Assembly (NCBI GenBank): GCA_001179505.1
Contig: CDMY01000850.1
Coordinates: 182,719 to 246,718, forward strand
DNA from: Vitrella brassicaformis CCMP3155
Taxonomy: Eukaryota; Protista; Chromerida
Length of the DNA stretch: 64,000 bases
Direction of reading: 5' to 3'
Below the pieces are notes generated by a model. It was not told where the DNA came from and did not search any database. It saw only the letters and a program-made list of their open reading frames with translations. Made by a program: the position numbers and the translations under genes. This document shows, piece by piece, positions 35,648 through 47,360 of this stretch (position 1 is its first letter; each line of letters starts with the position of its first letter).

Positions 35648-38600
35648 TCAGCAGCTTCTCTCCTTCTCCCTCAGCGTGGCGCCTTCCTTGCCCCCCCTCC
35701 CAGGTAGTGATGATGATGTGCCAGCGCCCTCCGTCCCGCCCTGCTGGCCGGCGGCGTCTGTATCATTGGTGGTGTCTACAGATGCTGTGAGGAGTGGGAA
35801 TGGCGGCTGCGGCAGCTGCATCGGCGCTGCCTTGTAGTTTGACAGAGTCGGGTACCTGCACGGTGGATGCACACATTGACACCACAACACACCGCACCAT
35901 CCCCTCCCATCCTGTGTTTCGTCCATCCTTCCTCCCTCCTCACTCACCCATACAGCGGGCTGCCCCGTTCGCTGTTGACGATGTCCCCAGTAGCTATACT
36001 GCCATTGTTGTCATGGCTCCCACCACCCTCCCCACTCGTCCCACTGGCGGCCCCCTCACGGATGGGCCGCCACACGGTGGCCGGCTTGTTGGTGTTGGCC
36101 TTGATATTGGCACGCATGGCCTTGAGTGTCTCGGATGGCGTGATGATGGCTGGCCGGGGGGGCGGGTGCGAATGATGGTGGGAGTGCTCCAGGGCTAGGT
36201 GGTGGGGGAAGGGGTGGTTCTTCATCGGAGCGTCATACTGGATGGACACAGAGGCGAACGAAATGAAATATTTATGTGGTTTGTGTGTGCGTATGGCATG
36301 AGGGGGCTGACCATGTGTAGAGCCTGCCGCCAGAACGACAGCTGGTCGTTAAACTGCCTGAAGACACACACACACGAGGTCATGCCATGAGGCACATCGT
36401 GCACCCTGCATGCAGGCATCGCATCGATGGCTGCATCGCATCGCTGGCTGCATGGCCGGGCTGGCCAATCAAGCGCTCACTTGTTGGACACACGTGCGGC
36501 TGCGTCAGGTGTTTTGGGGTCGAATGGGCCACGGCGATGCCTGAGAAACAAACCAACGACAACAAACAAAGGGCGCATTGACACTCCATCCATAACGTGA
36601 TGTGTGTCAGGCGCGTACTTGGGCACCAGCCGCACGTAGTTGCGATAACCCTCGGTCTTCTTGACTGCACACCACACAGCCAAACACAACACAACAGCAC
36701 AACCACCATTGAGCCCACTAGTGGTGACCCGACCATCTCCCCTCTCTCCCCACCCCACCACACTCACCCAGAACTACTTGAAACGTCCTCTTCTTCGCCC
36801 TATTCTGCCACACGTCGGCATCACCCGCACCCCCAACACCGCTGCTAATGGCACCCCCACCCCCACCTCCGCCCATGCTCCCACTCGCCACGCCAGCCGC
36901 ACTCGACACCGACGGCGAGCCCGTGACGCTCTCAGTCCCCTCCTTGAAATACGACGACCCATACGGCACGCGGCCGCCCTCCCTGCGGCCAACCACAGGC
37001 GACAGCGCCCCCTCCTCTGCATCGAGGATGGGCGGCCGCCTCGGTGGAGGGCTGGGGATGACGTCCTCAAAGCCTGGTGGTGGCCCGATGGACAGCCACG
37101 ACATGTCGGACGAGGCGCGGCCCAGCTGCTTCTTGCGGTACTGGGGGGAAGGGGAGGCCAGGGAGCTCTGCCAGGTGTCGCTGAGGAGGTAGGGGCCTTG
37201 CTCTTGGTCCTCCCCTGGTTGCTGCTGATACTGCTGCTGCTGCTGCTGTCTGTCGCCGTCCTCCGCCGTGTTGGTCTCTTCTGTGTTGGGAGGGGAGGCC
37301 TTGGGTGACTGCTGCTGGTCGCTGTTCTCGTCGTCTGTGCCGAACCGAGGCGTCTTCTCTTGCTCCTCCGTCACGACGCTCTCCCTCTCCTCGTCGCCCT
37401 CCTCGATGCCCTCGGGGATGCTCTTGAAGGGCGGCATATGCACACTCACCGGCAGACACACCGCTGATGCGGGGACGGGCACCATCGGCACGCACGGCAG
37501 GTGGGCGGCGCCCTCCTTGGTGTCGTCTTTGACCTTGGCATTCTTGTTGGGCGAGGGCTCGAGTGGGCGTGACGGCGACTTGGTGACGGGTGTGGGCGGG
37601 TGGCTCTGCTCGGGGCTGTTGTGCTCGGCCGAACCTGGGAAGGGCGAGATGGTCTTGTCCGACACCTTGGCCTCCACTGCTGGCTTCTTGGCCAGCACCA
37701 CCGGAGCCGCCTCGCCTGTCTCCTCATTCGTGACGGTCTCGCCTCCCTCGTCAGCTGCCGGCGTCGGCTTCTCGGCCGGCTTCTCGTCGTCCTTTTCTTC
37801 TTCCCAGTCCCCGTCCGTCTGCACGGCGATCGTCCGCACCCGCCACACGCGCACCCCCAGGCTGCTCTCGCGGTGGACAGGCTGGGGCGCACGCATCGGG
37901 GGCTCCTGGGAGAAGTGGCGGCGGGATGCGCCGATCGCTGCCCACATCATCATTGGGCTGCGGCCTGGGTACATGGTGGAAGGGGTGAGCTGGCCGAATT
38001 GACGGGGCGGCATGCACGGCAGAGGAGGGGGCTGGTATGGCTGGTATGGCTGGTGTGGGTGCATGAAGGGGCGTGGCTGCATCATGGACGGCTGCACATA
38101 TGGGGGGTAGAGGGGTGGCGGTGGGGGTGGGCATGTGGGTGGCGGTGGGGGCTGCATGAGCATCCGCAGCAGCTGCATGCCATGCCGCTCGCGCCGCTCC
38201 GCCTCCCTCTGCTGCAGCCTGTCCATCCGGATGCAGTGCAGCTTGGCCTGCTCCGCCACGCGACTGAGCCACTTCATGCGGCTGTCCACGCTCATCGCCT
38301 CCCACCTGGCACGCCTGGCGTGCCTGTCGTCCTCTCCATCCTCCTTCTCATGGTCTGACGCAGGTCGACGCGGCGGCCGCCTCGCGACCCACACGGGTCT
38401 CCTGCGCCGCTGCCATTGGGATGTGACGCGGATGGCAGGCTTCTTCTTGCGCACCCTCTTCTTGGGCTGCCCGCTCCTGCGACGCTTGATGGCCAGTACG
38501 AGGGTGCGCTTGATGGCAGTGTGCCACTCGCGCCCGTCTGGCCGCTGCACGATGCCCTTGATCATGGCGCGCATGAATGTGGCGAGGGGGTAGTGCGAGC

Positions 38601-39135
38601 GGGGGGGCGGAACGATGAGGCAGTGCTTGGGTGGCGGGGTGGGGGTGGGGGGAGGGAGGAGCAGGGCATGCCCCTTGATGCAATCGAACCAGAGTGGGAG
38701 AAACGACGACAGAGTCGAGGCCTCCTGCACCATACACACACACACACACACACACGTGAGAATGCATTGCATTGATCTGAACGCCTTCTAAGTGTCAGCC
38801 CTCACCATGCCCTTGATGGCAGAGATGAGAGTCGCCATCACATCGGCTGGCGAGTCAACCACACCCACCAGCGGCCCCTGACACAACAGCTGGTTGAGCA
38901 GTAGCTCCAGGAAACGAACCACGCTAACACGGCCTGACGATACCGCAAAGGACAGAGAAATACCGCCACAAATGAATGCAGCGGGCACATACAAGCAGTG
39001 TGCGCATGTGTGTAGCTGACCTTGTGGACTTCGGCACTGACGTAGGATCACTCTGGCGATGCAGTCCGATGAGCATGGCCGCCCCATCGCCTCTAGAATC
39101 TCCAGCGAGAGATCCCGCATGTCACTTCCACTCAT
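35648..39135 (-). CDS. SLBP: Histone mRNA stem-loop-binding protein (SLBP) domain protein with long N-terminal extension
   Basis: Micro-exons splice to KKRTFQVVLVKKTEGYRNYVRLVPKHRRGPFDPKTPDAAARVSNKQFNDQLSFWRQALHMYDAP, collinear with the SLBP RNA-binding domain. Confidence 0.8.
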
Positions 39136-39268
39136 GATCTTCGGATGTTTGTGTTTGATTCGGAGCCGATGCCTCCTGCACAGCCGAATGCTACGGACAT
39201 CTCATCGTAGCCAAGCGCCAAAAGTCGACTTTCGCGCTTCGCGCCTTCGCGAAACGCATCGCAGCATT

Positions 39269-39276
39269 TGCGAGCT
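39269..39276 (+). promoter_or_regulatory. TGCGAGCT motif in SLBP/VWA spacer
   Basis: Exact octamer. Confidence 0.5.
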
Positions 39277-39344
39277 TGAGGCCGACCAGGAGGCACCACT
39301 GCGACCAGCAGTTCCCCTCCACGCAGAGCTTTCTCCATCTCGTC

Positions 39345-41678
39345 ATGTGTGCTTCTTCCTCGCCTGAACTCACTTGGCTGAAGGTCTTCTGCTTTGGGTT
39401 CTTTCTGGTGCTCCGTGGGGCTGCCGGGCAGTCCGTGGCGTCGCCAAGCTGTCCATGCCTCGACCAACCCCTTGTGGCGGCGGCACTCGCCCCTTTCTCC
39501 AAGGACGGCGGCTACGAATATCAGACGTACAGGTGCGCCGGCCACTGCAATGGGGCCCACTCGTTGTGATGGCACGGCATTGTGAAGGACGTCTGTTTGT
39601 GTCCTTCAGGTACCCAGGTGACTACGGCGTCAGCTGTGCGACGCACGACAGGCTTCTTCCGCCCTTCTGTGCGAATGCCGAGGGCGCAGTCCGCAGCGAT
39701 GCGCCCACTTGGTGCCATGACGAGTGGTGCTGGATTGATGACAACGACTGCACTCTGCCGCTCAAGTATCGGTCGGCCTACTTCCCGTCCTCCGGCCTCC
39801 ACTTCTCCTATCAGACTTGCGGCAGCACCAATGGCTCGTGGCAAAGGTGGTTCAATGAAAGTGCGGCTGATTTGCGGCCAATCGATGAGTTGGCTACAGT
39901 TGTGGAAAACTATATCTTCTCAATCCGAAACACAATCGAGGGCACTCTTGCGGACATTGACGGAGGCGGTGTGTGCTCCGTGACCTCATGCAGCTGCCCT
40001 ACTTGCAGCCAAATCATGGGCTCAGCTTGGGGCAGTCAGAGTCTCGACCTCACGGCGACTGTTTTCAAAGACGGCAGCGGAAGCGCTGTCTCACAGCAGT
40101 CACGTTGCATGAGCAACGTCGCCTCAAGCGTCTTTCTACGCATCGCTGGAAGTGAATACGATTCTACCTCTCGTCTTGGGTATCTTTATGGCGGCTTCCA
40201 GACGGACGGCGCCTACGTTCAGTGGCCGAGAATGGACTGCTCTGAACTGACCTTTGATCCACGATATCGCCCATGGTATGCTTCGGCATCGACGGGTCCA
40301 AAAAATGTGGTAATCGTGGTCGACCGAAGTGGATCGATGTCACAGCAAAACCGGATGTGGCTCGCACGCCTTGCAGTGAAGAGCGTTATCGACACGCTGA
40401 CCTGGAAAGACAACGCAGCCCTCATTGCTTTCAATGACCGTGTCGGGGGGTTCACAAGTGCCGGGAACGGCTTGATACCAATGACGGGCGACAACAAAGC
40501 GAGCATGAAGAGTTACGCTGATGGGCTCGTTGCGATCGGAGGCACGGACTTTCGACTGCCGCTGGACAGGGCAATGCAGATCTTGTCCACGGCCGGCACA
40601 GAGGGGGGATGCATTAATGCGGTGCTCTTCATGACCGACGGTGAAGCGCCCTTCAGCGATGCAGACTTCAGTGATATCAAACAGCGAGCTTCTGCTAAGG
40701 GTGCTGCCATTTTCAGCTATGCATTCGGCTCTGGGGCAGCCAGTTATGTGCCTCGGAGACTTGCTTGCGAAAACCAAGGCGAGTAAAGAGACCTTGACAA
40801 GACTTTGCCTCCTTCTAGTCATTATATTTGTCACATGTCTCCCGTCGTCAGGTGTCTTTCATCAGGTTGCCGACGGTGGCGACCTATCCAATGCCATGTC
40901 GAGCTATTATACCTACTTTGCCGCTGGGACAGGCTACCGAGGTGCCAGGTGGATTCTCTACTCTGATGCAGTGACTGGAACTGACCTTCTCGCCGCATGC
41001 ACCCCGACCTACGATCCACGGGAGGCGGGCAGCGAGCTCAGCTCTCTTGTCGGCGTGATGTGCGTGGACGTCAATGTCATCGTGAGCCTTGATGTCTTGC
41101 GGCTGCGGAGCGATTACTCGGCCTTCATCAGTCGAGTGGAGGCGGACACTGTCCAGTGCACGCCTCTCTTCCAGGGGCTGTCGGGCTCCCTCAAGGAGAG
41201 CGCCTTGGAGAAGGTGAGACAACGACTGGCATCTGCTGGAGCCAGCAGCTGTGAGGGCTTCCTCGACGACACTGACGATGATGGCGGGGGAGCCGGCGAC
41301 GCCATTTCTGCCGCTGTCGCGATTCCAATCGTTGTCGTTGTCACTCTCGGAGGGATGGGATGGTTTTATCGGAGACACAGGAGAAGAAAGCAGAACCAAG
41401 TCTGTCATATGATGAACGCTCCTGTTCATCAACCACATCCGCCCATTCAGCCCGCTGCGCAGCAATACGGAGCTCCAGGAGTGATTGTCATGCAGCAGCC
41501 ACCCCTTCAGCCAGCGCCAGTCCACCAGCAGCCGATGGTTGTCACGACTTTCCAGCCTCAGCCTCAGACTCCGCCACAGCCGCAGCTGATTGTGCAGATG
41601 GGAGAGCCTCAGGCTCAGATACCGAGCCCGATCCAGAATTACGCCGCCGACACATCGGCGCGGCCTCCCGCCTATTAG
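39345..41678 (+). CDS. Type I membrane protein: Cys-rich domain, dCache with VWA insertion (alpha2delta/CACHD1-like), TM helix, Gln/Pro tail
   Basis: Signal peptide, intron 39533-39609; FDPRYRPWY, MIDAS VVDRSGSM / GGTDF / FMTDG, YSDAVTG...GVMCVDV, TM AVAIPIVVVVTLGGMGWFY, terminal PPAY. Confidence 0.82.
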
Positions 41679-42231
41679 CGTCCATCCGTGAGTAGCATAG
41701 CCCAGGGGCATGCACATTATGCAGATACCCGTTAGATACATACAGGCATTCGTGTACGTCGGCTTTGCTAATGGTAGATCCCGTGTGGGCGAACTAGTGA
41801 CATGAATTAGCACGCATGCTCTCACAATCGGTGTGAATCGGTTTGCACTCGCTGTGCAAGGCGTGAGTGGTGTTTTCTGAGAGGGAGATGGCATCCATGG
41901 CATGATTTGGTGTGGTGAAGGGGTGGGCAACGTCGTGTGACCTTGCATGTATGTATTGACCGGTAAAGCAGTCTTCCCCCCCGAAAAAGGAAAACATGGA
42001 AGCTCAAATCAATGCATGTCCAGCGTGGCATGTAAAGTGGGCAGACAAAAACTGTCCAAGAAGTCGATAAAATATGTCACTACCAAACACGCAGCCCACC
42101 CTCAGCAAATTAGGGCAGCTCCGTGCATGAATGAATCAGTCTGTCTACTACATCCACGATACACGCGCCTCGTGTCTTAAACTATGTCGTCTACGCCGTG
42201 CACATGATGCTGCTACTTATGATGCTGCTAC

Positions 42232-43261
42232 TTATGGATGGCCGGATATACTATATTTGGGAGGCTGCGATGTGTCGTATGCGGGAGGCTGTGAGACGTT
42301 GGCGGCGTCATTCTGCATTGGCCTCGGAGTCTCCTGCGGCGACTGAGCCTGAGGCTCTCCCACCTGTACAATCAGCTGTGGCTGTGGCTGTGGCTGGGGC
42401 TGGAAAGTCGTGACAACCATCGGCTGTTGGACTGGCACCGGCTGAAGGGGTGGCTGCTGCATGACAATCACCCCTGGAGCTCCGTATTGCTGCGCAGCGG
42501 GCTGAACAGGGAATTGCGGGTGGTGTGGGGCCTGCATCATAGGAGAGGTGACCACCTTGGGGGGCCTGTTCCGCTCTTGTCTTCTCTTGTACCATATAAA
42601 TCCGCCCGCACATAGGCCCCCCCAGCAAAGGAACGAGAAGACACCAGAAAGAGCAGCGGCGACTGGGTCAGTGCTGGTTTCGTTGTCCCCCTCGGAGTCC
42701 TCCTCCGGATCAGTGTGTCTGACAGCAGTGCTCTGGAGAGAGCGCGAGAGATTTCCTTTTTCCTGCCCCGAGCCATTGGTGCTGCCGCATGTCTGATAGG
42801 AGAAGTGGAGGCCGGAGGACGGGAAGTAGGCCGACTGATACTTGAGCGGCAGAGTGCAGTCGTTGTCATCAATCCAGCACCACTCGTCATGACACCAAGT
42901 GGGCGCATCGCTGCGGACTGCGCCCTCGGCATTCGCACAGAAGGGCGGAAGAAGCCTGTCTGTGTCGCACAGCTGATGTCGTAGTCACCTGGGTACCTGA
43001 AGGACACAAACAGACGTCCTTCACAATGCCGTGCCATCACAACGAGTGGGCCCCATTGCAGTGGCCGGCGCACCTGTACGTCTGATATTCGTAGCCGCCG
43101 TCCTTGGAGAAAGGGGCGAGTGCCGCCGCCACAAGGGGTTGGTCCAGGCATGGACAGTTTGGCGACGCCGCCGACTGCCCGGCAGCCCCACGGAGCAGCA
43201 GAAAGGAGGTAATGAAGAGGCCAAGGAGCTCAGACGACGAAGCGCCTGAGGGAGCAGACAT
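42232..43261 (-). pseudogene. Inverted short paralog of the 39345-41678 gene lacking Cache/VWA; one 1-nt frameshift (pseudogene or sequence error)
   Basis: 39411-39838 is mirrored at 42769-43195 including the intron, and 41446-41617 at 42343-42506; CAC to CA deletion near 42961; restored frame runs through acidic stalk, TM helix and PPAY/PPKY tail. Confidence 0.75.
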
Positions 43262-43291
43262 GAGGGATGGAGGAAGGGGAGAGGACCGTCA

Positions 43292-43299
43292 AGCTCGCA
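43292..43299 (-). promoter_or_regulatory. TGCGAGCT motif in short-paralog/ABA4 spacer
   Basis: AGCTCGCA on + strand. Confidence 0.5.
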
Positions 43300-43478
43300 A
43301 ATGCGATCGCGTAAGCCCCCTGAGTATCAAAGTTTAATCCGAGTCTGTTTTACACAAAGCTCTGCTTCTGAAGCTCCAATCATCGCCTTCAAGGTGGATG
43401 AGTTGGTAAGCGCAAAACGATTGGATCTACGCTGCATCAACAACTTGGAGGCTTGTGTGCTTCAGGCTTCAGGGGCTC

Positions 43479-44295
43479 ATGATGATACTGAGAGTGCTGG
43501 TGGTCGTCACCTGTCTAAGCGCTGCGGTATTCAAGCATCCGTTCGCTCCCTTGCTGCATCTCACCTACCTTTCTCTTGTCGGTGTTTCAGATTGCCTCTC
43601 CTATCAGTGGGCGTTGGAGGCCTCTGGCATTCACTGCACTCCACACGTCACTCAGCCCCTATGCAGTCCCTCTGCGGTGCAAGGCCAGCCCCAGAGCGAT
43701 AGCATGGAACGGTGGCAGCATTCATGGCGGCCTTCTACACCTCACCAGTCTTTCATCGGCCGCTGACGTAGGCAACAGCTTCGTCGATGCCCTGCCAGCA
43801 CTTCTGCAGCCGTCAGCGGTCTTTACGGCATCAAACGCCTTCGTTCTTCCCTTCTGGGCTTTAATGGTCATCGCCCCAGGCGCTCAAGTCACCGAGAAGC
43901 TCATGCGGTCGGTCACCCCGTTTATCGTTCTCGGGCTTCTCTACTTGTGGTTGGCGGTGATCTCCTCAACGTTCCCTGAAGCAGTGGAGGGACTCGGACA
44001 GGGTGCGGGTCAGCTGCCGGTGCTGACAAAGGCGTTCTCGCTGGAGCCGGTGGTCGCCACCGGGTGGGTGCACTTCCTTGCCGAAGACCTCTTCGTCGGC
44101 AGATGGGTTTATCTTGATGGCCGAAAGAACGACGTGCCTATCCGGCACTCGTGTTTGCTGTCACTCTTATTCGGCCCGCTAGGGGTTGTTTCTCATCTGG
44201 TGACGCGCGATATCGTGCGGCGGCTGCGTGAGGCAAAGGACGGCGCCACCGGCGAGCCAGCGGTGGAGGATGTGCTGCTCAAGGGGTCGCGCTGA
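43479..44295 (+). CDS. ABA4: ABA4-like (DUF4281) membrane protein with bipartite plastid-type leader
   Basis: VLPFWALMVIAP...GWVHFLAEDLFVGRWVYLDG...HSCLLSLLFGPLG; exon 1 is the signal peptide MMILRVLVVVTCLSAA, intron 43527-43590. Confidence 0.82.
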
Positions 44296-44892
44296 TTCAT
44301 TACCGTGTTAGATCTGGGATAGCCTGGAGCAAGTGTGCTTTTGGCCGATAATGTACCGACACTGTCCTGCAATGAAGAAAGTGCGACTAGCTTTGGAGCA
44401 ATGCTCAAGAGCAGAGCGAGAAGGGGCGGACAGACGCTGTCGGACAGACTCTCAGTCAAATGGGGCGTTGGAGGCTTAAACGTGCATTCATTCACTCACC
44501 CGCACCGAAGATGATCCATCACAAACCACACCACACTGTCCAATCAGACAGTCATAGCCAACCGCCACACAATACGACTTCACTGCACACATCCGGCCGG
44601 CAAGGCTAAGCAGGCACACAGACAGATAGCGATAGACGGACAGATGGAGCCAGCCATGCCATGCACGGAGGAACGAACGCACGGAGGAACAAACGCACCA
44701 ACAATCCCCAAGCCAGGGACGGAGAATCGCAGCTAGGGATGAATGGATGGATGGATGGAAGGAGGGAGGGGAGGGAGGGATGCAAAAACGGGGCACATAT
44801 GTACATATACACGCCAGTGCACCGCCGGCCGGCCGGCAGGCCACAATGTCTGACTCACTGGCTGCAAGTGACAGATCCATCCAACCATCCTG

Positions 44893-47096
44893 TCACTTCC
44901 GCGGCCTGACACGCACAAGCTCCCCCTCCCCATCAGCCTTGTCGCGTGTCACAGGCCGCCCATCGGCTGATGCTGCACCACCGCCCACCCCTAGCCTCAA
45001 ATTATACGTCTTCCGCTTCCGCCGCGCACCGTTTCGCCTGTTCAATGCTGTGTGCGGGCCGTCGCGGTCGAAGTCAGCTGATGTTGACGTCCCATCGGCT
45101 GAGTCCACGGCGAGCATGTCGTGAATAATGTCAACCTGACAGACGGACCGATGGACAATATGGCACCTGTGTGTAGGCCCCGTGCCTTGCTCACCTCCGC
45201 GTGTTCCCAGAGGTCGTCATGGGGATCCATCACGGTGTGTGGCGACACATCATCTGCCATTACCCCAACCGACCTCTGCCCAGGGTCGCTACTCTCGCCA
45301 TCAAGCGGAGGCGTCACGTCTCGCGGCGTCGATCCAGTGAAGGCAGTCACATTGACGCGCGACTGGTTGGGGAGCTCAAGCGCCCCCTTGCCCCCCCGCC
45401 CCCTCCTGCCACGCCTCCGCCGCGCCCTTGGAGGCCGTGTGGTGGGGACGGCCAATGCCGTGTCATTCAGGGTGGATTGATCCGATGTGGTGTTTCGTGG
45501 AGGGCTGGCTTGCGTGAAGAAGGTAGCGTTGACGCGGGACTGGTTGGGAAGGGTGAGCTTAGACCGAAGGTCGACCACGGTGACCCTCGCTGCTGCTGCT
45601 GCTCCTCCTCCTGTCGCATTGCTTGGCGGGGGCTCGGCTGGTCTGGGGGCGGGCTGCGTCAGGGGAACGGTGCTCCGACGGCTGCCCTCTGCCATCGCCA
45701 CTGATGTGGCGAGCAGCAGCTGCCGAATCGACGTAACTGACACAAAGCTGCCGCCTGCTCCCGATGCGTCGGCTCTCTCGCCCACGACCGCGGGCTCCCC
45801 CTCGGCCTTGGTCAGGGCAGTGAGGTCAACCGAAGCCTCTGTGAGGTTGTGCCGGCGCTGACCGGTTGCCAGTGGGGGGACCTTGATGGCACGATCAGGC
45901 CGGCGTGCCGCAGCAGGTGCCGTTCCTGTGGCCTTGGGCCGTCTCAGATCCTCCCGACGGGCGAGTGAAGGCCTGGGCAGCAGGTCGCTGAACAGCCTTT
46001 TGAAAACGGACGTGTCGAAGCCGAGTGCGTGGGGGAAGGGGAACGACCGCCGCCTCTCGTGCTCGCTGACGGACTGGAAGAGACACCTCCAGAAGGCCAC
46101 ACTGAGGAGGATCTGGCTCATCGGTGGCCGCACGTTGGCGTAGTTGAGCTTGAGGGGAAGACAGTCCGGCTCAGGAGGGGGAGTGTAGTCGGGCGGGACG
46201 TAAGAGCCCTCCGCGAAGAACTTGCTGACGTACTGGAGGGGCAGCCAGTGGAGCGACGCCATGTCGGCCTCATCGGGGCGCTCAGACCGGGGCATCTCGT
46301 TGTACCGTTCGGAGATGTTCTTGCTCCATCCCGACAGTGACGACACGCCACACAGGAACAACGCGTACTTGCCGGAAGGCAACCTGACAGACAAGACAGC
46401 ACAGAGAGGTTGCCGACCCGATCCGCCCCTGCTGCAGTGCCGTCTCTCCTCAAGATCTTGTGTGTATGTACCAGAAAACGCGCAGATCCGTCGATGTCTG
46501 TATGGTTTTGGTGATGACGTCCAGGTCCATTTCCCTCCCCGTCTCCTCCCACAGCTCACGCACCGCCGTGGCGAAGCTGCCGTCGTCGCCCTTCTCCCTC
46601 CGTCCACCGAGGAAGGACCACTTGAGCCCCCGCTCCCTGTACCGCTCCACACCCACAAGCACCTCCACGTTGCCATCGGCATCCAGCCGGTATGGCAGAA
46701 ACTGCACCACACCACGTGTGTGTGAATGGACACGAACACACATACATCACATCACAAAACAGCATGGGATGATGAGAGAGACCGAGCAGAGATGCCCATG
46801 CGTTCCGTCACACTTACGCCTGCTGCCCGGTAGGCGTACTCATCTTGCGGCTTGAGCACCTTGGCTTCATAGGTCCGCAATGTCATCCCGTTGCTGCCTC
46901 TGGTGGTCTTGAGCATGCCGCACTCGCTGCTCCGCACCTTGCGCCTCCTGCCTGCCTTCGCTGACCGCGACGACAGCTGTGTGGTCTGCTGGAACAGGGG
47001 CGTGAGGCGCCGGTTCGGTCCATCATGCATGAGAGTCACTCCCATCGATAAAATCGAGCAGCAGAGGGCGAGGACGAGAGCTTGAAGCGGTGGCAT
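44893..47096 (-). CDS. Nudix hydrolase domain protein with signal/transit-like leader and long low-complexity C-terminus
   Basis: AAGFLPYR...GGRREKGDDGSFATAVRELWEETG (Nudix box)...EADMASLHWLPL; last exon inferred. Confidence 0.8.
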
Positions 47097-47239
47097 CACT
47101 CATCAGCAGATGGACAACAGCCGATCGGTCACAGATCTGGAGGCCGCTGCATCAGATCTGCTTCAATGGCGTAGGGCCGGACTGGAGAAGGTCACACAGC
47201 AGGACGCTTCTCTCTTTCAGCTTCCTCCCTCCTCAGCTA

Positions 47240-47247
47240 AGCTCGCA
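47240..47247 (-). promoter_or_regulatory. TGCGAGCT motif in Nudix/DUF1990 spacer
   Basis: AGCTCGCA on + strand. Confidence 0.5.
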
Positions 47248-47360
47248 GACGGATCGCGAAGATCTTCCTCCGCTTTCAAGGCACGAGTCTCGTTAAACAC
47301 ACTAACCAACCAACCAACCAACCAAGGCCCGTAAGGCGTTATCCCCGGCGCGAGAGACCC

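Noticed and set aside
42204-42236. 15-bp tandem duplication spanning the short paralog's stop codon
   Set aside because: Simple slippage event with no coding consequence
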